From assembly GCA_051294375.1 (NCBI GenBank), contig CM119270.1:16985904-17049903 (forward strand): a DNA stretch of 64,000 nucleotides. The letters run 5' to 3'. The notes beneath the pieces were generated by a model. It was given only the letters and a program-made list of their open reading frames with translations, searched no databases and was not told the DNA's origin. The DNA is from Paraspadella gotoi. Its lineage: Eukaryota > Animalia > Chaetognatha. Numbering within the stretch: position 1 is the stretch's first letter; every line of letters starts with the position of its first letter. The translations under genes and the position numbers were made by a program. Shown in pieces: positions 45,901 through 57,900 of the stretch.

Positions 45901-48900
45901 AAGTGAGAAACAATTTTAAATTTGGTGAAATTAGTTTCAGTTTGACTTGTAACTTTACTACCTTCTTGAAACAAAATTTCCCTCCCCTTCCCAGCTTCAA
46001 TCTCCCACTTCCCCGTGGAAAAGTCCTCCTCCCATCACATTGGGTCCGCCGCCTTCGATTCGCCCAATCGCTTCGGCGGCGGCGACGGGCGCTCCGCATG
46101 CATTGGCGCTCGGCCCCGACCCTCGGCTCACTTCCCGACACAAGCTGGACAATCACGCTTCCCACAACTCTGTGAGTCCGCTTTGTTTGACGAATTGAGA
46201 TCGAGCTTATGCACTAAGGCGTAGTGAAAGTTACATACGAAAATTCTAAAAGTCAATTATGAACAACATACCATCAGTGAACATTAATTTGTAAAAAAAA
46301 TTAATTTTATGTTTTTTAATTTTCGCAGTAGGCTATATTTAATATTTATATATAGTACTATCCTTATAAAATCGAAAAATTTCAAAATAAGCTTTTCTTA
46401 ATTTTGATTGCAGATTTGAATTCCTAGTCAAAAGTTGATAAAAGAAAATATAAATCATTTTAAAAAATTCTTTCATTAAGTGGGTTAAAAATTAAAAAAA
46501 CTATATTTAATATATGAAAAGTTAATTTTCAGCTTAAAATATAGCTTTTTCTAATTAGCTTAACTCGGTAGTTAATTACTTAATTACTTATTTTGGTATT
46601 ACTCTATAATCTAAAATTTAACTGTCTCTACAACTTTGTTTATTCGTTTTTCAGGACCCGTCATCTCGACCTCAGGCCAAACCCAAGTCCGCCCCTCTCT
46701 CGGTCGATCCTCCCAAACCTACGCCGTCTCTCCTCTCGCCTTCATCTACCTCCAATCCGTCGCTGCCGTCGACGACGGCGACGACGACATCGCCGCTCTC
46801 CGCCAACCAGAGAAAAGACTCGTTCGCGCCGTTGCTCTCACCGCCACTTCCCGGCCCGTCGGTCGGTCACGTACCGCCCCTGCACGGCATCCTCAAACGC
46901 AGCAGCACCAGCGGGAGCGAGAGCGAACCAGCTTCGCGAGACGGCGAGGCTCCGCAGGCGCCGCCGACGCCGACCACGCCCTCGGCGCCTTCCAACCTCG
47001 CGGGAGTCGGCGCGAAATCCTTTGGCGGCGGGAGTGTCTCTCGAACGACCGAGTTAACGACTCTTCCGTCGTCGGGTGTCAAGCGAAAGCTGTCATTGCC
47101 CGACGGAGCCGCGGCCCCTGACGTCGTCGCGTCGTCGGCGAAGCATTCCGAGGTCGACGCAGACTCGAAAAGAGCCAAGCTCGCCGACGCGCAGCAGCAG
47201 CGGAAGGACAAGAAGCGGAAGGGGCCGAAGCGAACGGAGAAGCGGACGGACGAATTGGAAATATTCGGCATTGACCGCGAGGAGGTGGAGAAGAAAAAGG
47301 AGGAGGAGAGGAGGAAGAGAGAGGAAGAGAAAGAAAGAATCATCAAAGAGAAGATCGCCAAGTCAGCCCCGGCGGCGGAAGAAGTCAAGGAGGAAAAAGG
47401 GGCGGAGTCGACAGAGAAGGAGAAAAGGGAAGATAAGAAGGAAGAAAGAAAGAAGGAGGAAAAGCAACGGGAGAGGAGAGAGGAAAAGGAAAAGGATCGG
47501 CACGACGGAGAGAGGAAGGAGGACAAACGAGATCATCATCATCATCACCATCATCACCACCACAAATCCGAACGAGACAAGTCCAGGGACAACAACGGCA
47601 AGAAGGGTTTAAACTCTAAGAACGAGCGCAAAGCCAAAGAAGAGAAAGAGGGAAAGAGAGAGAGGGACGAGGGACAAAAGAGAGAAAGGCACGAAAGCCA
47701 AACGAAGAGAGAGAAGGAAGAAACCAACAAGAGAGAAGACGGGCAGGGTAGAAAGGATAGGGAGGAGTCTTCGAAGAAGGACGACGCTCATTTCAAAACG
47801 GAAAAAGAAGATTCGTCTAAGAAGGAAAGAGAGGAAACGACTAAAAGAGAAGATGCACCCAATAAAACGGAAAAAGATGAATCCAAAAAGGAAGAACACA
47901 GCAAGAAAGAGAGGGATGATGCAAAGAGAGAAGATAGTCATAGCAAAAAAGAGAGAAATGAACATAAAAAAGAAGATGGTCATAGCAAAAAAGAGGAGGG
48001 TTCAAACAAAAGAGAAAAAGATGACCTTAAGAAAGATGAAACTCACAGCAAAAAAGAGAAAGATGAACCGAAGAAGGACGAAAGTCATGGAAAAAAAGAA
48101 AGAAATGATCTAAAAAAGGATGATAATCATGGCAAAAAAGAGAGGGATGAATCCACCAGAGATGGTCACAGCAGAAAAGAAAAAGAGGAATCGACAAAGA
48201 GGGAGGATAGTCACGCAAAGAAGGATAAAGACGATTCTTCCAAAAGAGAAGACCGTCACGGGAGAAAGGAGAAAGAAGACGGTCTTTGCAAACGCGAAAA
48301 GGAAGAGTCTGTCAAGAAAGAAAGAGATGAATCGACCAAGCACGATGATTGCCACGTCAGGAGGGAAGAGGCCATGAAAAAAGAAAAGGAAGAGGGAACC
48401 CATGGCAAAAGGGAAAGGGAAGAAGGGTCCTCTAAAAAGGAAAAGGATCATCACCATCACCACCACCATCACAAAGATCCTCAACACTTTGCCGACGGAT
48501 CGAGGGATAAACGACGCGACCACGACGAACGCACCGACGTTAAGCTCGAGATCAAAAAGGAGCCCAAAACGGAGGGCAGCGTCGGCGGCGTGGAAGACCG
48601 CGGCGTCGATGTCAAGATCGAAGTTGGCAAAGACTCCAAGGAAGAGTACAACGACGCCGGGTCGGAAGTGAAAAGCGCCGCCAAGGACGCCGTCAAGAGA
48701 GAACACGCGTCCGCATCATCCTCTTCCAAGAAAGATGCCAAGCGTGAAAAGTCCGAGAAAAAGGAAGAGGGAAAGCAGGCTAAGGGTAAGGGCGATGATA
48801 AAGACAAGGACAAGAATCGAGACAGAGACAAACAGCGCAATCGGGAGCGGGACAGGGACCGCGACAACAAGGATCGCGATAAAAATAAAGATCATCGCGA

Positions 48901-51900
48901 CCGTGATCGAGACAAGGACAAGGGAAGAGACCGTAACCAAGACCGTGACGAAAACAAGGACGAGGACAATAAAAAACGGAGCGAGAAAGATAAGGATAAA
49001 GCAAAGAAGAAAGCTAAGAAGAATGCAGAATCCTCGGACACTGAGGATGAAACGCAAGACAACAAGAAAAAAGATTCCAGGGACAAAAAGGACAGAGCCA
49101 AGGAGAAAGAGGACAGAGCCAAAGACGACAAAAAGAAAAAGGCCAAAAAGAAAGCGACGACTAAACGAGACAACAGCGATTCCTCGTCGTCGTCTTCATC
49201 CGAATCGGACGCCAAGACAAAGCGGTCGAAGATCACGGACAAGGAAAAGAAAGACCTGATGGGCGTGGTGCAGAAGGAGGTCAGCTCTAACCCCTTCGAA
49301 GTTCTCGGCTACACCTCCATGTACGATCGCGTCAAGGCCCGCACGGTCGTCCTCGAGAAGAGGGAGAGAGAGATGGAGCAACTGCGGAGTCGGCTCGCGT
49401 GTTACCAAAAGCAAAGGACCAAGAAAACTCCGTCCTGCGGCGGAAAGGCCGGCGCCACGAGAAGGGATTCTAGCGCGGAAAGCCGCTCCGACGATAGCGA
49501 CGACGATTCACCCTCCGTCGCTCGAACGCCGACCGGGAAGAAAAGCGCCGCATGCGGCGTCGCGGTGGCTCCCGCCGCAACTGTTGCCAACGCCAGCCCG
49601 GTCGTGTCCCAAAAATCCAAGCCCGTTCCCGCCAAAACTGACAAGGCTCAAAAGGTCAAGAGGTCGAGGGTCTACGTGAAGACGAGCTCGTCCAGCGATG
49701 ATGATGAAGAAGAAGAGGACGAGAGGACGAAGAACGGCGCCAACAAGACGAGAGTCGACACCGTCTTCACTTCCGACTCGGACTCGAGCGAAAGCGAAGA
49801 GGAGAAGGTGAGAGAAAAATAAATTAATAATTATTTAGACATTGCAAGAATATAGTTAACCGTAATATTGCATTTATACAGTGCGTCCCAATGGTACTGT
49901 CGGTTAACTTTTACATATTGTGTGGAACTGCGTTATTAAATCCTATTTCTGAGATAACAATGTCAAAGATAAGTTCTTACCATTTATGATTTTATATGTT
50001 GAATTAAATTTTTATCAATTTTTCTTTGCAGAACATTCAATTTAAATGAGTCCTCATTTCTCACTTTTGTAATTTTTAGATATTTTTTTTATTTTAAAAT
50101 AAATAATATTAAAAAATTTATATAAAGAAATATTTTAAATAAATATAAATTGTTTAAATTTTAATTTGTATAAAATAAGTGCATTAATAAAAATAAATAA
50201 ATATTTAAAAAAATATAAAAATTAATAAAAATATGCTTATTAATTTAATTTTTTTTATTTGGTTGTGAGCGATGGAATCATTAAGCCAGAACAAAATGGT
50301 TGTTATTTATTCAATAAATTATTATTAAATAAATTAAAAATGTAATATAAACATTAAACAAGGTAAGTAGATAATTTATAAAATAATAATTACTGCATTA
50401 TAAAAGCTCTGGAGCAAAAATATGAGGTAGTTTCTTACTGTCCTGCATCTTAAAAAAAGATTTATAACATTATTTAATCAATATTATAAAAAATATTTGA
50501 TATATATTAAAAAACATATAATTTAAAATTTTTTTATAAAAAATCACTGAAAAAAAATTTTTACCAATTGCTTTATGTAATAACTACAGGAGTTTGCTTT
50601 GTACGCTTTTTAAAATTTAGGTAACCATAAAATGGTCCATACTTGTGCGCATATTCATTATAATGAATTAAAGTTTTTCGATCTGGTATAGGAGCAGTGA
50701 GCTTTTCTTAACAGACCGTACCATTGGGACACACTGTATTACTAGGAGGAAGTGCTCTTGAAGCTCCATAGTATCTGAATTTTTTTATATAATTTATAGC
50801 CTGAGACGATTATACTTCCTGGCCCCAATTTAAAAAATAGATGATTCGACGAAACTTTTTATAGTGATGATTTATTGATTATGGGTGATTTGGCGATTCT
50901 TTTAATTAGAGCATCATATTATATTTTTCTCAATTTAATAATACCTATTTACTTTTTCCCCTTCAGAAACCCCCACGACCCAAAGAATCCAGCACCGCAA
51001 AGAGCAAAGCCAACGGCGGCGGCCTCAAGGCGCTCCACAAGATCTACGAATCTTCGGACGAAGAGACGGAACACGAGATTCGCGTTTCGAAACCGAAGAA
51101 GTTGGCGCAGAAAAAGAAGAAGAAGACGACGACTACGACGACTCCGGAAAAATGCAAGACAAAACCGGATTCGGACTCTGACGTCGAATCCATCAAATCC
51201 GTCAGAAAACCGAAAAAGGTTAAAAAATCCGAGACCAAGTCTACATCAACGCCGGGTCATTCGGTGGGCAAAAGCGGCGGCAAAACGACCACTTCACCGT
51301 CAGTAGTTAAGAAACCCGCGTCGACGATGGTTCCGGCCATGGTGCCAGCGAAGACCTACCCCTCGGCGACTTACGTGTACTCGTCGGACGATTGCAGCAC
51401 GGAGACTGAGCTGGGAGACGGCGTCTCTCCGCCGGCTTCCCAACAGGCCCACATTCAGATGCAGAATGACGCTGGCTCTGCCAAAGTTGACGATAAAACT
51501 TCCTACTCTTCTTCAAAGCAGAAAAACGTCGCGAGTTCGTCTTCCACCTCAACGACTTCTATAACGACGACGACGACAACTTCTGGATCGAGCATGTCCG
51601 TCGTTCCCAATGCTGTTTCGGAGTCGTCAAATTGCGCAAAGCCGCTTGCTGTTTCTCAGAAGAGCGAAGCTGCTTTGGACAAGGAATCTATAGTCAACGC
51701 CACTAAACAAAAACCATTGCCAAAGAAAGCGAAAAAGTCAAAGATTAAGCCTGAGCCTAAAGTCAGTTCTATTGAAGATGTCAAGAAGGAAGTGAAGGAG
51801 AATGAGACTCCCAAGTCCCTGGGACAAGGAAATTTGAGTCCTGCAATTGTACCGCGGTCGTTAGATTTGCAGAAGGAAGTAGGGAAAACAAAGGACGACT

Positions 51901-54900
51901 TTCCTCTCTTCAGTTCCTTTGACAGCGATCGGAAGCTAGAGAAAAAGAAGAAGCTTAAAACGGAAATGAGTAAGAGTTCTTTGACTTCACCGAAAAGCGA
52001 GAATAAGAAAGGCATTCCTTTCCAAAAGCCTCAAGTAAAAGCTGTCAGTTCAGGGGAAAGCGCGGTTTTATCACCATATCAACCACAGCCGCCGGAAGAA
52101 ACCAAATGGATGCTCGCTAACTATTCTCCCAAGCAATTTCTTTCCTCTCACTTGGAAAAAGATGCATTTTCAGAAGATCGCGCTAAACCATCAAAAGATA
52201 GGGTTGAACCATTGGAACCGCTCATTCCTTTTCAGAAGAAAAAGTGCAAATCCAAGAAAGATTTAGACATTTCTTCTTTTTCACCCTTGTCCAGTCCCAC
52301 GTCTAAGCCAAGTTCGCACAAGTTTCAGCGCGATTCGAGTGGAGATGGGCGTTCTGAAAAGTCCCAAGAAAGGCCAAAACTAAAGGGTTCCCCTGAAAAG
52401 CAACGGAGTCGAACCAATAGTGGGCATGTCATTATTGCTCCAGATCTTTCAAATCAGGAACAGGAGCATTCTGCAGCGGAAAAGGCAGTACGAGAAAAAG
52501 AGGAGGAAATGAAAAAGAAAAGCCTGGAAGCTGCCCTGGCGGTTGCCGCTATCGCAAAACAGGCTGACAATGTACCATCTCCCACTACAACTATTCCAGT
52601 GGTAGAAACATTTGAGAACAATCAAACTGTTGAGTGCAATAGTACAGTGTCCATGGAAGATGATCAAAGAAATTCCGAACAACTTCAAGCTGTAGAAAGT
52701 TTAGAAAAACTTTTAGGTCATGATGACAGAGGTTACAATCAAATCAATTACGATGTGTTTGACGATATTTATACTCCTCCGGCAACGCTTCCATTAGAAG
52801 AGGATGAAGAAACTCAGCAGGCTACAGCAGCATTAATGGATGAAAGCTCGATCTATGATTTGCCAAATGAGAATATGGATACGGGAATAAATGACGACTT
52901 AGCTGTTGAACATTCTGATTCAGCTGATTTAACTGTTGGGCCAGATAATTATGAACAGATTGAGAAAGAAACCTCTGAGGATTCAGAGACCGAGATAAGT
53001 TCATCTGTTGTGGCCTTGGATGAATCTGAAACTACCGTCTTGAAAGAAGCTGTACCTTCCAACATTAGTCAAGATTGTATGGAATCATTTGTTTCTAGCG
53101 AGCATGAGCAATTACCTTTCCAAGTCACTCAACCAGAAACTATTCCATTTGCACCAGAATCTAGTCCCGAAAAAGTTTCGAAATCAAGTCTAGAATTGGG
53201 TGTAGAACGAGATCCTTTAGTATTTTCTCCTCCGCATGAACTGCCAGCAGTAATTAGTGTTTCCGATCGTGAAGTTCTAAAATCTCCGATAGCTGTGAAA
53301 GAAATACCACCAGCGCATGATGAATTAAATGAAATAAAAATCACTAATGTTCCCAAAACTGAAATCTCTCAAGAACCTACTAACGCTGAATATGATCCCA
53401 TTAGTACCCCTAATGAAAAAGATAAGACTTCTGATATTCCAAATGAAGTTGAAGAGGCTATAAAAGTGATGGAAGAGAACATTAATAGAGAAAACTCATC
53501 AAGCAAAAAATCTGGTGTCAATGAGGGCTTTGCCATTCCTCCCCTTCCAATATGTTCCAATCAATATCAAGATAGAAACCGGACTAGCGTTACCAATAGT
53601 TTTGACACCTTTTTACCTCCTGCTCCATTAAGAAATTCTGGTCATTCACAACCTCTCTCTTTCACCTCTCAAAAATTTGATCCATCAGTTTTGCAGACGC
53701 CAAGACCAGTTATGCAAACCCCGTTTCACCAACCAGATTATTCTGCTCCTCTACCAGATCTTGACTCTGATGATTCTGATGATGAATCACCATTTCACAA
53801 AAAATTAACTATTGATGAATCTGCAAATTTTGAAGAAAATAATGACATAGACAAAAAGAATGAATTACCAACATTTTCATTAGAAACAGAAGAAAAAAAC
53901 AAGGCAAGCGAGGTATCTTACAATGTTACCAAAGTGCCTTTGCCCATCAAATGCAATATGTTGCCAGTCAAGACTTCACCCATAAAAGTCTCTCCTCCAG
54001 CTAAAATGAACTCCCCTGCAAAGTTTTTGTCACCAGTTATCTCACCCAAAAAGACTTGGAAGTCTCCTGAAACAAGATTTGATGATACCAAGACTGAAGA
54101 GCTCCCTCTTGACTCGATGCCATGGTGGAAAGAATGGACGGAAACTCCAGTTGTGCCAAATGCTAAATCTCCTGTCCAGGTGAATCCTAAAGAATCTCCT
54201 GTAGAATCTTGCGGAGATGTTTCCAAAGAACAAGTTTCAACTGATTGGAATACCCGGGCAGAAAAAATAGGTTTACTTGAAAATTCAATAATTCCTGCAG
54301 AAGATATACTAGGTAATTTGTTTGAAGATGCTTCTAAAAATAAAACTCCTAATGAGCCTTCTGTTGAAAAAGACGTTTTTAAAGCAATTGCTCAAAAAGA
54401 GTTGACTGATGACAAACCATTAGTTTCCCAGAAGCCTAATATGTGGAAAACCAGTTTTGTAGAAATTCAGCCTCCTCAAATATCAAGTCCCTCTCCACCA
54501 GATGACTTATTTAAAGATACTAAACCTAAAGTTGAAGAAGCTGATACTACCACCTCAGCAGTTTCCTCTTCTATGGTTTCTTCTTCAGAACATTTGAGTT
54601 CATTTCCGGATGAACTTGTTACGCTGAATTCAAATTTTGTGTCTTCAAGCAATGTCACCTCTAAAAATGTGCAGGATCAAGTTTTTGACCATATTGATAA
54701 AGCATCTTCTGAATCTTTGCACTCCCTGAGGCATCCAGATTCTGCCGATGCTTTGCAATGTAAACAAGAAACTTTACAGATGCGCGAGCAAGGATCCGGC
54801 AGTGGTCTGAAACTGCCCAAGCTTGGCATATTTTCTGCTACCTCCACAACAACTCGACATTATGAGGAATCATTGGAAGAGAAAGAGAAGAAGAAAGAAC

Positions 54901-57900
54901 TTGAAAAGAAAATCGCATCCATTTATGATTTTGACGATGAAGACAGTCCAGAACCTACAACAGATTTACCATCTCTGCCCAAAACTAGGAAAAGGGATAA
55001 ATCTCCTAAGGATAGAAAGTCGCAAGATAACATCTTGAAAGGCGGAATAGTGAGAAAGAAAAACATTTCTAGTGAGAATGCAAAAAATTGTCATGAAGAA
55101 TTTTCCCACAATTATAGCGATAAAATTTTTTTGGGCACACAAAATCAAACAAAGGAATCTGTTCAGTATGGTATTGATGAGTTGCCTGATGATAAAAACA
55201 TTGACCAAGTAATACCTGTTAAACCAGATACTCTGTCGACCAATGAAGTGACAGTTTCATCGTCAGATCAATGGCCTATTATACGCATTAAAGAACCAAC
55301 TAAACCAGAAGAAAAAGAAAAAGAAACCCCTGTGGACAACAAAGTTGAACCTGTTATAATCATAAAAGAAGTTACCCCTCGAATCCCAGAAACATTAGGT
55401 TTTGATGTTAAACCAATTGAGCAACCTATAAAGTTGAGAATAAAAGACCTTCCGCCCAAACCTGTTGAGTCTTTAGAAAGCAAACCATTTCCAGTAATTA
55501 AAGTTAAAGAACCACGGCCAGCTTCTCCAGTAGAATACCCAGACATAAAAAAAGAGCAAATAGTTCCACCAGTCAAAATATCTTTAGCAGGTGGAATTGT
55601 AAAAACTAATTATGATTATATGCAAGACGTAAGCTTACCACGACCACAGCGAAGTACTAAAGGAAAACGATATGAGTCATGGAAGGATCAAGGCAAAATT
55701 CAAACAACTAATGCAATGCCTTTTGCTGGAACTCCTTTAGATGAACAAGAGATGAAAATGAGACCTGCTGATCAATATCAAGTAAACACTTGCCCCAAGG
55801 ATCTTAAAATTAGATTAGAAAGGGTACCAAACTCACAGAAAGAGGACTCAAAATCACGACCATGCACTCCACTCCTTCCAGAAGATGGTACATCCTCCTT
55901 TGATGTTACTCCACAAGTCAGCACGCCAGTAACCATATCCACTCCTACAGTCAACACTCTTTTAAATCCCAACCATACTCCTACAGCTCCAATAGCAACC
56001 AAGCCTATGATAGTGGGCGGTTTGCAGCAATATGCCAATATGCCTGCTCGAAAAACTCCCGACAGAGAATTGAGAAGTCGCGCCTCTTCTGAAGACAAAG
56101 CATCTCCAGCTCGATCTACTCGTAACAAGCCGTTGGCTGTTGAGGAACAGAGTTCAACTGGAGGCAGAAGAAGTCTTCGCTCGCAGCAAGTCGTCAATGA
56201 TTTGAATGGGAAGGGTAGAGGCCGGGGAAAAGCAAGAAAGCCTGTGACTAGGCGAGGAGCACAAGCTCCAACAAGCACTGCTAAAACTAAGAGCGCTGCA
56301 TTTACTGGTTCAGATTATGCTGTTTATGAAGTTGATGGAGATTCCCAAGAAGAAAAATTTGAAGAAACACCGGCTTCAAATGAACTGCAAGATGACCAAA
56401 TAAATGAGTTATCTATTGTTGGTCCTCCTATCAAGGCATCAACTTTTGGCACAGGTCTTCAGGAGACCACTGACAGCAAGAGTCGAAAGGGCGCTAATAG
56501 AAACCGCCCTGGGCGAGCCGTGAAAAACCAAGATTATGAGCATATTGATTCAAATCAAGATGACAAAGTTGAAGATATTCCCGAACAATTTTCTGATTCT
56601 GTTCCAAAGGCTGAGGCAGACCATGTTGATAAAACTGAGTCCGTGTCAAAAAATGAAGAGCCTTCACCACGACCATCTGTCATCCAAGAAAATAAATCTA
56701 CTTCAGTAACAACAGCCACTGAGGAACCTACTGAAACTATGGCAGCTGATAATGCTTCAACAGCGGAATGTACTGGAAGCGCTGAGATTCCTGAGGCTCC
56801 TGCCACAGCCACCACTGTAGTGGCCCCTACGCCACCACCCCCAGCTCCTACACGGGGCCACAAGCGTAAAAAAGGGAGAAAAGGTGCCAAGGCTAAACCT
56901 AAGAAACCTGCCCCGCCTCCTAAAAAAGAGTACGACAAGGCGGCCATACAGGAGGAGCTTGACAAAATAAGCCTGCTGAAGACAGAAACCGTTCCTGTTA
57001 CCACTACGACTTCACTCAGCTCTCCATTTAAGAATTTGACTCGGGATCGCGCCCCAAAACGCGCTCTCCCATCTGTTGATAGTTCCGAGATGTCAGTCCC
57101 TCCTAAAAAGCGTGCCTGGGACCGCTTATCTAAGGCCAAAGAGGCTGCCGCCGCCGCTCAACGCGAGGAAGAACAAGCAAAGCAGACGGTTGCCCCCAAG
57201 CCCAGGCACAAGCAGTATGCGAGTGAGATAGCCGCAAAACTGGAGCAACAAGAGCGGGAGGAGAAGGAACGGAGAGAGAAGGAGGAAGAAGAAAGAGCTA
57301 AACGGGAAGAAATGATGCGTCAGACGGCTGCGAATAACAGTGGGCCTTCCGATGCTGTCGTCGCCCCATCAGTGCGTTTGATTGAAGCAGGATCGGCCAT
57401 CCCATCTTCTTCCGCCACTGCTTCTCCGGCGACACAGTTCAAACCATTCCCTGCGCACATGAAGGCAGACCTGTTAACGTCTTTTCCTCCTCGAGGCACG
57501 CCCTCTCCGCGCGGTCTCCCTATCGCCGTGTCGCCGGGTTTACCGACCTCCTTGGCCCAAGTTCCTCCAATGGCCCATGCATCCTCGGTTGCGTCGGTAA
57601 TGGGGCACCACCCTCCCATCACCGCCTCCGCTGCTGCTTCTGGAAGACAACCCGGCCCTTATGTTCCTCAGGTATGAGTTGGGACGGACTGGGGAAAGGG
57701 AGATTAGTATTAAACAACACACGACAACAACACAATCACAATAACGTATTTAGTATTTACTTTAGCTTTTAACCAAACGGTGAAAATTTTAATTTTTCTT
57801 TTAGGTTAATATTTGATGTCGCTCTTTTAAATAATATTTTCATCATTAAAATATGCTGATTTCTAGTTATTCCTTAATCAAAAAAATTTCAGAGAGAGCA

